This document shows positions 1-10,502 of a stretch of 37,255 nucleotides of DNA, piece after piece (position 1 is the first letter of the stretch; every line of letters starts with the position of its first letter). Below the pieces are notes generated by a model. That model saw nothing but the letters and a program-made list of their open reading frames with translations, was not told where the DNA came from and searched no databases. Source of the stretch: Bacteroidales bacterium (GTDB lineage Bacteria; Bacteroidota; Bacteroidia; Bacteroidales; CAIWKO01); the NCBI GenBank assembly GCA_035389045.1, contig DAOORA010000042.1, forward strand, positions 1-37,255, given 5' to 3'. A program made the position numbers and the translations under genes.

Positions 1-1122
1 GGTGGCAGCGGATACAGCATTTTTCCCTACGAGATACTTGATTATTTCGGTTTAGATTATGGCATTGCAGGAGAAGGCGAAGAAACATTCGCTTCACTGC
101 TCGGATACTTTGAAAAAAAAACGGATATCATCGGGGTTAAAGGTATCATCTGCAGAAAATCTCCGGCATTCAGAAAAAAAACAAAAAATAATTCTGCCTG
201 TCCTTCCGAAAAATATTTTTCGGGCATCGAAAATTTTATTGATTACAACCCCTATAAAGAACGCGGCGCATATTCCATACAGTCTAAAAGAGGCTGTGCC
301 CATAAATGTATTTATTGCACATATCCTTTGATCGAAGGGAAAAAATTCAGGACACGCCTTGTTACAGATATTGTGGATGAAATAGAACATGTCTCAGAAA
401 AACTCGGCGATATAATGTTTGAATATGTGGATTCAACATTCAACGACCCTGCCGGACATGCCGAAGCCATCTGCTCTGAGATCATCCGGCGCAAACTCAG
501 AGTCAGAATGCGCACCATGGGCATCAACCCGGCCAACACCAGCGACCGGCTTTTTGAATTGATGTTACAAGCAGGTTTTACGCAGATCGATTCAACTCCC
601 GACAGCGCATCACCCGACATGCTTAAAAACCTTGGAAAAAATTTCCGCCTTGAACAACTTCAGAAAATGGCCCTGCAGATAAAAAGATCGGGCTTGCCTA
701 CCATGTGGTTTTTTGTTTTCGGCGGTCCGGGAGAATCCCGTGAGACCATAGATGAAACGTTTAGCTTTATCAGGGAATACATCCCCTCTGAAGATCTTGT
801 ATATATAACAACCAGTTTGCGCATATATCCCGGCACAGCGCTTCACAGAATCGCCTTAAAAGAAAAACTTACCACTCCAGACCAAAGCCTTTTGAAACCC
901 GTATTTTATGAAAGTTCATCCTTTACACCGGCTGAACTGCATGACTATTTGAAACAAAAGATCGGGAGGGCGCACAACCTTTTATTTTCATCAGAATCCA
1001 GGCCTGATGCCCTGATGCTGCAGGAAGCTATACTGATCCGCAAACAGCAAAACCTCACCGAACCCATGTTCCGGACCTTGCTGCGTATCAGAAAAAGAAT
1101 TATGGAGGAAAATAAGTTGTAA
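1..1122 (+). CDS. B12-binding radical SAM protein, 5'-truncated by the window edge
   Basis: Frame 1 is open from base 1 (GGSGYSIFPYEILDYFGLDYGIAGEGEETF...IQSKRGCAHKCIYCTYPLIEGKKFR). It has a CxxxCxxC motif and the GG...GEGE motif of the cobalamin-binding domain. The ORF-track start at 328 is internal. Confidence 0.9.
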   Translation, partial: GGSGYSIFPYEILDYFGLDYGIAGEGEETFASLLGYFEKKTDIIGVKGIICRKSPAFRKKTKNNSACPSEKYFSGIENFIDYNPYKERGAYSIQSKRGCAHKCIYCTYPLIEGKKFRTRLVTDIVDEIEHVSEKLGDIMFEYVDSTFNDPAGHAEAICSEIIRRKLRVRMRTMGINPANTSDRLFELMLQAGFTQIDSTPDSASPDMLKNLGKNFRLEQLQKMALQIKRSGLPTMWFFVFGGPGESRETIDETFSFIREYIPSEDLVYITTSLRIYPGTALHRIALKEKLTTPDQSLLKPVFYESSSFTPAELHDYLKQKIGRAHNLLFSSESRPDALMLQEAILIRKQQNLTEPMFRTLLRIRKRIMEENKL

Positions 1123-1214
1123 GTGTTCTTATCTGAATGCCAATAGACATATTATTTGATCTGCCTGAATATATAGAAAACGGGTTTTACAGCCGGCAAT
1201 TCATAAAACAATGA

Positions 1215-1748
1215 TCAGGCAACAAAAAAACTAAAATTTACTTTTCCGTATTTACGGTGCTGGCTGAATTTGGGATGTTTTGAAAAATCAAGATGGCCCG
1301 GGTGCTCCAATATGAGAATACCCTCAGGTTTTAAAAGGTCTTTCTGAAAGATTTTGTCCGGTAATCCGGCCACAGAAACCAGGTCATAAGGCGGGTCGGC
1401 AAAAATCAGATCATACTTCTTAAAGGCATGCCGGATAAAAGTAAACACATCCGAACGATATGCCCTGATGTTGTCAATTTTGAAATCTTCACAGGTGCGG
1501 ATAATAAAAGACACCGACCTCCCATCCTGATCAACGGCCGTTACATCAGAACTGCCGCGGGAAACGAACTCGAATGAAACGCTCCCTGTTCCTGCAAAAA
1601 GATCAAGCACGGACAATCCATCAAAATCAATGATATTATTAAGTATGTTAAAAAGGCTCTCCCTTGCCAGATCGGTAGTTGGCCTGGCCGGCAGATTTGC
1701 AGGCGGATGCAGCTTTCTGCCCCCGAGTTTTCCGCTTATAATTCGCAT
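1215..1748 (-). CDS. rsmD: 16S rRNA (guanine966-N2)-methyltransferase RsmD
   Basis: MRIISG...RPTTD..RE.LFN, VLDLFAGTGS, DLIFADPPY motifs. Confidence 0.93.
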   Translation of the reverse strand: MRIISGKLGGRKLHPPANLPARPTTDLARESLFNILNNIIDFDGLSVLDLFAGTGSVSFEFVSRGSSDVTAVDQDGRSVSFIIRTCEDFKIDNIRAYRSDVFTFIRHAFKKYDLIFADPPYDLVSVAGLPDKIFQKDLLKPEGILILEHPGHLDFSKHPKFSQHRKYGKVNFSFFVA

Positions 1749-2602
1749 AATACAACCGAAGTCAGATTATGAATAGTATGCGGAGGAATATCTTTCAAAA
1801 TGAAACTGTTTAGATATTGTTCTCCAGGTTCCATAAAATCAATATTACGGATATATTTGAAAAGAATATCGTATAAAGCTGAGTTTTTCAAAACTCCTCC
1901 GCTCAGTATGATACTGTTGTTTTCAGGACTGAGTTGTAATTGCCCGTACACAAACAGTACAAAATAGATAAAATCCTCTGCGGTTTTGTATGCGAAGGAA
2001 TTATAAAACAGCAACCTCCCATTTTCACTCACCAGCATATCAAAAAAAGCAGGATGTATATGGATAAAAACCTGTTTTGACAACATCCTTACCTTACTGA
2101 AGATCATAACATTTTCAATGAAAGCAGAACCATGGTGCCGCATCCTGAAAGATTTTAAACCCAGGTTGTTTTCAAGTTCCTCAGGAACACCATAGACATT
2201 ATATAGTTCAGCGGTTTTTAGTTTATCGCCGCAGATTTTTTCATCAATAACTTTTCCCAGATTGAAATAAAAATAGGTCTCGCGTTCATCAGTCTCATAC
2301 AGGGCATCGGGCACCAGCGTTGAACGCTGGGATTCCCATAAAACAACAACATCTCTGTATTGATGACTGATCAGTTCATTTTTCGTAAAAAAATCTTTCA
2401 GATGCTCAAAATAGCCAAACAGGCCGGCTTTATTCAGTATTTTTTTCTGTGCAAAAGCAATAAACTTATTCTTTTCCGGATCAAAAACCAGCAATTGAAC
2501 AGAATTACCGTTCAGTCCGGCAATCAACTTATAACCTGTGGCCGGCGCCGTGCCGAAGCAGGGGTCTGTTTTTACAGTAAAAGTATTGTTCTCTGTCTCC
2601 AT
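1736..2602 (-). CDS. DUF3822 family protein
   Basis: TLVP..L, LLFYNSFAYKTAEDFIYFVLFV motif; overlaps rsmD as is usual in Bacteroidota. Confidence 0.82.
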   Translation of the reverse strand: METENNTFTVKTDPCFGTAPATGYKLIAGLNGNSVQLLVFDPEKNKFIAFAQKKILNKAGLFGYFEHLKDFFTKNELISHQYRDVVVLWESQRSTLVPDALYETDERETYFYFNLGKVIDEKICGDKLKTAELYNVYGVPEELENNLGLKSFRMRHHGSAFIENVMIFSKVRMLSKQVFIHIHPAFFDMLVSENGRLLFYNSFAYKTAEDFIYFVLFVYGQLQLSPENNSIILSGGVLKNSALYDILFKYIRNIDFMEPGEQYLNSFILKDIPPHTIHNLTSVVLCEL

Positions 2603-2612
2603 CAGGTCATTT

Positions 2613-5213
2613 TTAAAAATTATCCCTCCAGTCGCTTTTTCGTTCCAGTTTTAAATCCTTAAGTACAGACGATTTGATACGTATGGTAAAGTTATAACTT
2701 TTTCTGAAACCATAGGGTACCCATTCCATGAACATTTCCCAGCAGTGCAGGTCGCGGTGTATGCTCAGGGAGGTATATGAAAAATCTTTCGACTTGAAGT
2801 CATAGCCTGTGGTGTAACCCACCTTCCATTTGGGCGTGATATAAAATTCTCCCGAAAGCATTATTGTTAAAATAGTATCAGGTATATATCGTATTGACCG
2901 GTAATCAAAACGGCTGGAATAGCTGAAATTAAGATTCATACTGACATTCCACTTATTGAAAAAAATACTCTTTTTTTCATTGGTTACCTTGTCTTTTTTA
3001 TGAAAATCGTTATCGCTGAGGGAGTAAGAGATTCCTACAATCCAGGAAGTGTTCTGCCTCCGGAACAAACGGTGGTTGACATTCCATTCAAACTGGTTCA
3101 GACGGACGCCGTTGGTGTCAATGACATAAGGGTCCCACGCACCGTTGAAACTCACGTCTACACGATTGAACAAGCGGGTCCGGATATTGAGCGACAAATA
3201 ATCCCAGCGCAGCGAATCCCTGGCAAAGTCATAACCGCTGCCAAGATTCAGATAATCAATAAGTACAATCTTCTTTGACCCCGTCACAGAGTCTTTTTTT
3301 GATCGTACTTTCATCTCAAGATTGTTGTTCAGATTAAAACTGACCTTGCCCGACAAGCCCTCGGGAGGAGTGCCGTAAATACCGTTCTGAAAAATGGAAT
3401 ACCGCATCAGCCGGCCTGTAGAATCAATTTGTGCATACTTGTAATATCCCCAGAATTTTGAACCGAAATCGGGATGGTATGAAAAAGTGACAGAAGGTGT
3501 AAGTACATGTCGTATGGCCTGCAAAGCCCCTTTTTTGAAACGGAAAATCCCATAGATCTTCGTGGAAAGCTGCGATGCCACATTAAACTCATGTGCCATC
3601 TGAAAGCGCCGGATAGTATCCTTACGGATGAAAGAAGTATCCGTATCGTTGAACCATTGCTGCCGGGTTGATTGAAAATACCATCGTTCGGTAAAATTAA
3701 ACGAATTATTCCAACTGATATATTTTAATATTTTCACAGGATTTCGTATCTGAAGGCTATGTTGTATACCGTTTTGCATTATATCAAAAATCTTTGGAGT
3801 AAGAACCAGACTATCATAAGTATTGATATAATTCTGTGCATTCAGTGAATAACTCACATTGATATTATCGTACCATTTCAAAGCGCCGGGTTTGTTCTTT
3901 TTTCGGAACGGATAAAAGGTATTTACCGAAAAATTGATCTGGGGCAGCCATAATTGAAGCTCTTTTGTGCTTACATTCTGCCTGCTTCCCAGGTTCAGTG
4001 AAAGGTTACTTTTTCCCCCGAACAAAGTGGTCTGGTATGCAATACTCGATTCAAAGGTGTTGGACAGATAATCACTGGTTGACGAAGGATTATATTTATA
4101 AAAACTGTTGCTGGCTGCTTTCACCTGGGCTGAAAAGCTGCTGTTCGGACGCGCTTTGGGATCCTGCTTGTGAGTCCATTCTATGGAAAAATCCTTATAC
4201 TTGTTGTAATCGGGTAAAAATTTCTGGCTGATAATGTTGACAGCATAAGAAAGCCTGATGCTTCCATCATAGCGGTAACGCTTTTTATAATTTGATGTGA
4301 GGTACAAAGCCCAGCTTCCCCGTGTATAAATATCGCCCTGGAAGATCATATCGATATAATCATTGATACCCCAGTAATACCCGCCCCGCTCAAAATAAAA
4401 TCCCCTGTTGGCCGATTCACCCCAGGTAGGAATGATTATACCCGAGATCTGCCCTCTCTTGTTAGGAAAAAAACCGAAAGGCAGCACCAGCGGGGTGGGA
4501 ACATCCTCGATTTCCATATAGGCCGGGCCCGACACGAACTTATCATCAGGAATCATCCGCGCTTTACCAAAACGTATCTGGTAATGAGGATGTTCCAGAT
4601 CGCAGGTGGTATAGGCGCCTCTTTTAAAATTGGCCGTTTTATCCGGAAAACGTTTGACGACGCTCCCATGCAGATAGCTGTCGCCCTCATTGGTAAAAAT
4701 ATCCTTGACCAGTCCTTTTTTTGTATCAAAGTTGTATAACATGTCACTGGCCGTAAAGGTATAACCGCCCTGCGAAAATTCGGGGCGTCCCAGTTCCTTT
4801 CCGGCAGTATCCTTTAACCCGTCGGCAAAAAGCTGTTTCTTCCTGAAATCAATTTCCACATAACCCGAGTTTAAAGTAATATCCTCATACTTAATTTCAA
4901 CATCACCAAACAAAAAAGTCTTACGGTCATCAAGGTCCATTTTTATGGAATCTTCGGCTTTATAATCTATTTTGGATTCAATGGCATCAGGCGATACCTC
5001 TTTTCGCTTGTTTTTTATGGTATCATTCTTGATCGTGTCCTGTACTATTTTAACATTGTCGTTCGTTAGAGTATACAGAGTATCCTGAGCATAGGATTTA
5101 TAAAAAGAAAAAAAAAGTAAAGCAAAAGCAATGCATCGCGATCTGGCAGATATGGTTAATAATTTCGTTGACAAATTGTATAAAGTGCTGATTTTGTCTG
5201 ATAAAAAGCGCAT
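2613..5213 (-). CDS. lptD: Putative LPS-assembly outer membrane protein LptD (Bacteroidota type)
   Basis: OstA-like N-terminus (IDYKAEDSI, YTTCDLEHPHY), beta-strand-rich body, C-terminal RDLHCWEM...LKDLK; divergent from the amidase. Start codon uncertain. Confidence 0.8.
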   Translation of the reverse strand: MRFLSDKISTLYNLSTKLLTISARSRCIAFALLFFSFYKSYAQDTLYTLTNDNVKIVQDTIKNDTIKNKRKEVSPDAIESKIDYKAEDSIKMDLDDRKTFLFGDVEIKYEDITLNSGYVEIDFRKKQLFADGLKDTAGKELGRPEFSQGGYTFTASDMLYNFDTKKGLVKDIFTNEGDSYLHGSVVKRFPDKTANFKRGAYTTCDLEHPHYQIRFGKARMIPDDKFVSGPAYMEIEDVPTPLVLPFGFFPNKRGQISGIIIPTWGESANRGFYFERGGYYWGINDYIDMIFQGDIYTRGSWALYLTSNYKKRYRYDGSIRLSYAVNIISQKFLPDYNKYKDFSIEWTHKQDPKARPNSSFSAQVKAASNSFYKYNPSSTSDYLSNTFESSIAYQTTLFGGKSNLSLNLGSRQNVSTKELQLWLPQINFSVNTFYPFRKKNKPGALKWYDNINVSYSLNAQNYINTYDSLVLTPKIFDIMQNGIQHSLQIRNPVKILKYISWNNSFNFTERWYFQSTRQQWFNDTDTSFIRKDTIRRFQMAHEFNVASQLSTKIYGIFRFKKGALQAIRHVLTPSVTFSYHPDFGSKFWGYYKYAQIDSTGRLMRYSIFQNGIYGTPPEGLSGKVSFNLNNNLEMKVRSKKDSVTGSKKIVLIDYLNLGSGYDFARDSLRWDYLSLNIRTRLFNRVDVSFNGAWDPYVIDTNGVRLNQFEWNVNHRLFRRQNTSWIVGISYSLSDNDFHKKDKVTNEKKSIFFNKWNVSMNLNFSYSSRFDYRSIRYIPDTILTIMLSGEFYITPKWKVGYTTGYDFKSKDFSYTSLSIHRDLHCWEMFMEWVPYGFRKSYNFTIRIKSSVLKDLKLERKSDWRDNF

Positions 5214-5254
5214 AATTTTGCTTCAGAAATCTCCTGAAATTATTGACAAAACTA
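5213..5254. promoter_or_regulatory. Two Bacteroidota sigma-A -7 boxes on opposite strands
   Basis: TAATTTTG at 5213-5220 (+) and TAGTTTTG at 5247-5254 (-) both match TAnnTTTG. Confidence 0.5.
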
Positions 5255-5273
5255 ATTAAAATAAATTACTCAG

Positions 5274-6437
5274 ATGAAACGAATTAATTTAATTTTTGTT
5301 TTGTTAGTCCTGATGTTTTCAGTATCTGCCGGTTCTGAGGCCACACAAGGCATTATGATCAGGAAGGTTGTCATTGATGCCGGGCATGGCGGTGATGACC
5401 CGGGCGCTGTAGGAAAAAAATCAAGGGAAAAAGATATTACACTGTCTGTGGCACTGAAAATCGGCAACTATATAAAAACCGCATTCCCTGATATAGAAGT
5501 CATATATACACGTAAAACCGATGTTTTTGTTGAACTTTATAAAAGGGCAAAAATTGCCAACGACAATAAAGCCGATCTTTTCATTTCCATACATTGCAAC
5601 GCCAGCAAAAGCCCGGACCCGTCAGGGACGGAGTCATGGGTCATGGGACTGAATAAAACTCAGGCGAACCTCGAAGTGGCAAAAAAAGAAAATGCCTCTG
5701 TACTTTATGAAAATGATTACAAAACACAGTATGATGGTTTCGATCCCAACTCCCCTGAAGCCAACATCATATTTTCCTTGTTTCAGAATGCCTACCTAAG
5801 CCAGAGCCTGGATTTTTCAAGTTTTGTTCAAAAACAACTTTCAGGAAAAGCCGGCAGAGAAAACCGCGGGGTAAAACAAGCCGGGTTTCTGGTACTGTAC
5901 AAAACAACCATGCCGGCCGCTTTGATCGAAATTGGCTTTATCAGCAACACGCAGGAAGAAGCCTTCCTTATGTCTGATAACGGACAGAACATAATTGCCT
6001 CAGCTATTTACAGGGCGTTTAAAGAATACAAGGCTCAGGTAGAGGATATTACAAATATTCCGGAAAAAGAAATTGCTGCCGATAGCATTTTTCAGCAGGT
6101 CACGGCAAAGGACACCACCCGGACAAAAATAAAACAGGACACCGTAGCTATCACTCCTGACAACAAAATTAAGGAGGTTTTTTTCAGGGTTCAGTTCACT
6201 TCGAGCAGCAAAAAGAAGCCTGTCAACCTCCCTGAATATAAAGACTTAGAAGATGTAAGATTTTATTTCCAAAACGGGATCTATAAATATACCTGCGGAA
6301 ATTTCAGTACGCTGAAAGATGCCGTGAATTATCAGCATACCGTTCAAAATAAAGGTTTCAAAGATGCTTTTGTTGTGGCGTTTTTAAACGAAGAACGGAT
6401 TACCCCTGCGGAGGCCGTAAAATATTTAGGAAATTAA
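5274..6437 (+). CDS. N-acetylmuramoyl-L-alanine amidase (Amidase_3) with C-terminal SPOR-like domain
   Basis: VVIDAGHGGDDPGA, EKDITL, LFISIHCNA, LIEIGFISN; C-terminal FRVQF...KGFKDAFVVAF. Confidence 0.92.
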   Translation: MKRINLIFVLLVLMFSVSAGSEATQGIMIRKVVIDAGHGGDDPGAVGKKSREKDITLSVALKIGNYIKTAFPDIEVIYTRKTDVFVELYKRAKIANDNKADLFISIHCNASKSPDPSGTESWVMGLNKTQANLEVAKKENASVLYENDYKTQYDGFDPNSPEANIIFSLFQNAYLSQSLDFSSFVQKQLSGKAGRENRGVKQAGFLVLYKTTMPAALIEIGFISNTQEEAFLMSDNGQNIIASAIYRAFKEYKAQVEDITNIPEKEIAADSIFQQVTAKDTTRTKIKQDTVAITPDNKIKEVFFRVQFTSSSKKKPVNLPEYKDLEDVRFYFQNGIYKYTCGNFSTLKDAVNYQHTVQNKGFKDAFVVAFLNEERITPAEAVKYLGN

Positions 6438-6445
6438 AAAATAAT

Positions 6446-6453
6446 TATCTTTG
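6446..6453 (+). promoter_or_regulatory. -7 promoter box upstream of the MlaD-family gene
   Basis: TATCTTTG matches TAnnTTTG, 15 bp before the TTG start. Confidence 0.5.
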
Positions 6454-6468
6454 TAAAAAATTTTCACC

Positions 6469-7458
6469 TTGAAAATTTCGAAAGAGATTAAAATTGCTGT
6501 TGTTTTTGTCGCCGGACTTGCACTCTTGTACTGGGGAATCAATTTTTTAAAAGGCAGGGATCTTTTCAGAAAAGAACGTACGTATTACGCCCTTTACAAA
6601 CAGATCAACGGACTTACCAAAGCTAATCCCATACTGGTCAATGGATTCCGGGTGGGTCAGGTCGAAGATATTCATTTCAGCTCAGATACTACCGGGCAAA
6701 TAGTCGTTGTTATGTCCATCACCAACAAAGACCTGCAAATCCCTGATAATTCCACGGCCAAGATATACAGTTCCAACCTGCTTGGATCTATGGCCGTTGA
6801 ACTTGTATTGGGAGATAGCAAGAAAATGGCTGTAGAGGGCGATACCCTGAAAAACCTCGTTCAACTCTCACTCAGCGATCAGGTAAGCGTTCAGTTCCAG
6901 CCGATTAAGCAAAAGTTTGAAAATGTCATGATCTCCCTTGATTCGGTACTGACCATCATCAGGGAAGTATTCAACGAAAATACCCGCCGCAACCTGGAAC
7001 AGAGTTTTGAAAGTATACGGGCAACGGTCAAAAACCTTGAACATACCACCTATAATATTGATACGCTTTTTTCAGGTCAAAAGCATAACCTCGCGGAAAT
7101 TATCAGTAATGTGGAATCAATCTCAGAAAACATCAAAAATAATAATGACAAGATTTCCAATGTAATCGCAAACTTCTCCAGCATCAGCGATACCCTTGCC
7201 AAGGCTCATATTGCCAGCACCATTAACAATGCAGACAGATCTCTGAAAGATTTTTCTGATATCATTGCAAAAATCAACCGTGGTGAAGGCAGTCTCGGCA
7301 TGTTGGTCAACAACGATTCCTTATACAACAATCTTGATAAATCCTCCAAAGAACTTAACGAACTGGTTAAAGATATCAAGTTAAATCCGCATCGTTATCT
7401 TAACTTCAGCGTCTTTGGACCAAGCAAAAAGAAAAACGAATACAAACCGTCCGAATAA
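6469..7458 (+). CDS. MlaD/MCE family protein
   Basis: N-terminal TM, GINFLKG, GL....PILVNGFRVGQV MCE motif, helical tail, GEGSLGMLVNND, DIKLNPHRY. Confidence 0.88.
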   Translation: MKISKEIKIAVVFVAGLALLYWGINFLKGRDLFRKERTYYALYKQINGLTKANPILVNGFRVGQVEDIHFSSDTTGQIVVVMSITNKDLQIPDNSTAKIYSSNLLGSMAVELVLGDSKKMAVEGDTLKNLVQLSLSDQVSVQFQPIKQKFENVMISLDSVLTIIREVFNENTRRNLEQSFESIRATVKNLEHTTYNIDTLFSGQKHNLAEIISNVESISENIKNNNDKISNVIANFSSISDTLAKAHIASTINNADRSLKDFSDIIAKINRGEGSLGMLVNNDSLYNNLDKSSKELNELVKDIKLNPHRYLNFSVFGPSKKKNEYKPSE

Positions 7459-7488
7459 TAGCCGCCCTCCCTGAATCAACAGCTACTT

Positions 7489-8577
7489 TCAGTGAATTAT
7501 TATTACCTTTGAACGGGATACTTTTTCCCCGCCATAGATGACAATAGTATAAATTCCCTCAGGAAAATCACTGACGTTGATGGTCAGATCATCAGAAGGC
7601 TGTTCAATACGTTGCACCAGGGATGATGTAAATGAATAAATATCAATTCTATTAATATTATTCTTCAGATCTTCAGACCTAATGTTCAGGTACTCTGAAA
7701 CAGGATTGGGAAATACCGAAACAGCTAACGTCGGATCCGTTTTCACCATCCCTACACCCGGGCACCATATACTCAGCCATTCGGGATGGTCGATATAGGG
7801 ATTACGGTTGTGCTGAATGGAATAAACGGCATTGTTACGGTCAATTTCTTTCTGGCTAACCGGATCGACACTGCACCAAAAGCAAAGCATGTTCGTAAAC
7901 CAGGGTTTAAACACCAGCTCTGTGTCACCATTAAAAACCGCTGCACATTCTGATGAGTTGGAAGGCCAGCCTGAAACAACATTTTCGTATCGGGTCGCCA
8001 TGTAAAAATATGTTCGAGCCAAATCTCCCTTGTAGGCATTGACAGGCTCAAAAACCTTTCCGCTGTATCCGGCTTCAGAACAATTACCTAATTTACTTCC
8101 ATTGGAGGAAGTATAGCTTGCCGAACCTACCTTACCATACGGAAAATTGGCCCGTTTGTTATTGACGAAACCATCCGTGGGATAGACATTAAATAAATCG
8201 GTATACATCGGCAAATTCTCGTTAAACCAGCTCGCCGGTACCGTATGTTCACGGTTGTAACAATCGCCTTCCGATGAATAACTGCCGCATTGATCACTGC
8301 TATTGGCTGTGTTGACATAATAATAATTAGCCGTACAATCCGCCTTCATGGAATACATATCCCAGACAATACTATCGAATATTTTATCTGTTATGGTATA
8401 ATAGCTGTAGAGCGCGTTATAACTCACAGGAGTGTGGTTTTTAATAATGTTATACAGCGCAGTTTTCAAGCTAAGTCCGGTAAGCCCGGCAGCAGCATCG
8501 TAATACCCGGCAGGAATCTGTGCAGGAACCAAAAGGGTAGGTAAAAAGCAGATTAAAACAATAAATATCTTCTTCAT
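7489..8577 (-). CDS. Endonuclease I family extracellular nuclease with T9SS type A C-terminal domain
   Basis: Signal peptide; NREHTVPASWF, KGDLARTYFYMATRY, NRNPYIDHPEW; VFPNPV...GIY CTD. -7 box TAATTTTG on minus strand at 8611-8618. Confidence 0.88.
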   Translation of the reverse strand: MKKIFIVLICFLPTLLVPAQIPAGYYDAAAGLTGLSLKTALYNIIKNHTPVSYNALYSYYTITDKIFDSIVWDMYSMKADCTANYYYVNTANSSDQCGSYSSEGDCYNREHTVPASWFNENLPMYTDLFNVYPTDGFVNNKRANFPYGKVGSASYTSSNGSKLGNCSEAGYSGKVFEPVNAYKGDLARTYFYMATRYENVVSGWPSNSSECAAVFNGDTELVFKPWFTNMLCFWCSVDPVSQKEIDRNNAVYSIQHNRNPYIDHPEWLSIWCPGVGMVKTDPTLAVSVFPNPVSEYLNIRSEDLKNNINRIDIYSFTSSLVQRIEQPSDDLTINVSDFPEGIYTIVIYGGEKVSRSKVIIIH

Positions 8578-8676
8578 GTTATCATCAGTAAGTCAGCGTT
8601 ATTTCAGGAACAAAATTAGGTGTTTTATCGGCATTGCGAAATTTATACAGAAACAGCAGGGTATCATCTTGTCAGA

Positions 8677-10014
8677 TTATTTACCAGAATAGTTTCGAGG
8701 ATTAATATATTTCAGTTCTTCCTTTACTTTTTTAGATACATTCAGACTGTCGATAAAATCATGAAGGATCTTTTTTGTAACTGTCTGATTTCCCCTTACC
8801 AGATCCTTTAATGCATTATAGGGATCAGGGTATTGTTCGCGCCGGAGAATGGTTTGAATGGCTTCGGCCACTACAGCCCAGTTCTGCTCGAGATCGGCAG
8901 CTATCTTCGGCTCGTTGACAATCAGTTTACTGAGTCCCCTGCTGATGGATTTCAGAGCTATGAGTGTGTGAGCCACCGGAACGCCGATATTCCGCGTCAC
9001 CGTAGAATCCGTGAGGTCGCGCTGCAAACGCGAAACGGGCAGTTTGGCTGAAAGATGTTCAAACAGTGCATTGGCAAGCCCCAGGTTGCCCTCGGCATTT
9101 TCAAAATCTATAGGATTTACTTTATGAGGCATGGCGGAAGATCCCACTTCCCCTTTTACAATTTTTTGTTTGAAATAATCCATAGAAACATACAGCCAAA
9201 AATCCCGGCATAGATCCGTCAGTATGGTATTTATTCGTTTCAGCGTATCAAAATAGGCCGCCAGGTTATCGTAATGCTCAATCTGAGTGGTGCATTGCTG
9301 GCGTTTGATGCCAAGCCTGCCGAGGAATTTATCGGCAAAGCCGTGCCAGTCTTTATCAGCATAGGCCACATAATGCGCATTGAAATTCCCTGTTGCCCCT
9401 CCGAATTTCCCCTCAAATTCAATATGATTGAAATGCAGCAACTGACTTTTCAGACGTTCGGCAAAAACCCGGATCTCCTTGCCCAGTTTCGTAGGAGTTG
9501 CTGGCTGTCCATGCGTCCGGGCAAGCATAGTAATGTCTTTCCAATCCTCAGCAACCACATTCAACTGATTGGAAAGATTATTCACTAAAGGCAGAATCAC
9601 ATTAAGCTGTGCTTCTTTAATCAGTAAAGGCAATGCCGTATTGTTGATATCCTGCGACGTAAGGCCGAAATGAACAAATTCCTTGTACATACCAAGTTGC
9701 AGATCATCAAATTTATCCCTCAGGAAATACTCAACAGCCTTTACATCGTGGTTGGTACATTTTTCGATATCCTTGATTTTCAACGCTTCGGCAAGTCCAA
9801 AATGCAGGTAAATATCACGTACTGCATCAAAAACCGGCTCTTTAATTTTTTTTAACGATGGGATGATGGTACACAACTCAATAAAATATTCGGCTTCAAT
9901 AAAAACCCTTTTTTTTATCAGCGCAAATTCCGAGAAGTATTCAGACAGTTCTTCTGTCGCTGTACGATATCGGCCATCAATAGGCGAAACTGCTGTTAAC
10001 GGGCTAAGCTCCAT
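8677..10014 (-). CDS. purB: Adenylosuccinate lyase
   Basis: LTAVSPIDGRY, TNHDVKAVEY, ARTHGQPA, GSSAMPHKVNPIDFENAEGN. Start set at ATG 10014 because a TACTTTTG -7 box (10033-10040, minus) lies just upstream. Confidence 0.96.
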   Translation of the reverse strand: MELSPLTAVSPIDGRYRTATEELSEYFSEFALIKKRVFIEAEYFIELCTIIPSLKKIKEPVFDAVRDIYLHFGLAEALKIKDIEKCTNHDVKAVEYFLRDKFDDLQLGMYKEFVHFGLTSQDINNTALPLLIKEAQLNVILPLVNNLSNQLNVVAEDWKDITMLARTHGQPATPTKLGKEIRVFAERLKSQLLHFNHIEFEGKFGGATGNFNAHYVAYADKDWHGFADKFLGRLGIKRQQCTTQIEHYDNLAAYFDTLKRINTILTDLCRDFWLYVSMDYFKQKIVKGEVGSSAMPHKVNPIDFENAEGNLGLANALFEHLSAKLPVSRLQRDLTDSTVTRNIGVPVAHTLIALKSISRGLSKLIVNEPKIAADLEQNWAVVAEAIQTILRREQYPDPYNALKDLVRGNQTVTKKILHDFIDSLNVSKKVKEELKYINPRNYSGK

Positions 10015-10116
10015 GTTTATTGATTTATAAAGCAAAAGTAATGATTTTTCCGTGTAGCAGTGCAAATTCATGAATTTGCACTGACATTATTCCTGGCAAA
10101 CTTTTGTGCTATTATA

Positions 10117-10336
10117 CTCTCGCAGGGCTTAAATATCAATAGAATGATCATTTCAAGCATAAATTATTGTCCGTAGGGCATAAACAAAAGAAAATGATAT
10201 TCAATATGGTGACCATTAACTTTTTATTCCAATTGAATAACCCTGATTTATTATGGAATTATCGTGGTGTTAATTTCCTAAGAAAAAAAATCATATCTTC
10301 TTTATGTTCAATGAATATTTATGCCCTAACGGGCAA
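10117..10336. repeat. Degenerate REP-like palindrome cluster
   Basis: TTGTCCGTAGGGCATAAA (10167-10184) and TTTATGCCCTAACGGGCAA (10318-10336) are inverted copies; a third decayed unit CTCTCGCAGGGCTTAAATATCAATAGAA at ~10117-10144. Confidence 0.5.
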
Positions 10337-10453
10337 TTTGATTTTTTTAAGAGTACATTTTATAATGCCAGCACCTCAAAAAAAGATTTTTCCTGAAGTA
10401 TTACCAGTTAAAAACAAAAATAATAATCTGAAATAAGGCGCAGCATTTCTTTC

Positions 10454-10502
10454 GACTATTTTCAGGGTAGAAATTGAATAATTGTCAAATAGGAAAATAG
10501 TC
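10454..10502 (-). other. Hairpin immediately after the FISUMP stop codon (terminator or DGR-type homing hairpin)
   Basis: GACTATTTTC (10454-10463) and GAAAATAGTC (10493-10502) form a perfect 10-bp inverted repeat, with an inner AATT-gaat-AATT. Confidence 0.55.

Noticed and set aside
10167..10436. 89-aa ORF between purB and FISUMP
   Set aside because: TTG start, AT-rich, spans REP relics, no recognisable motif
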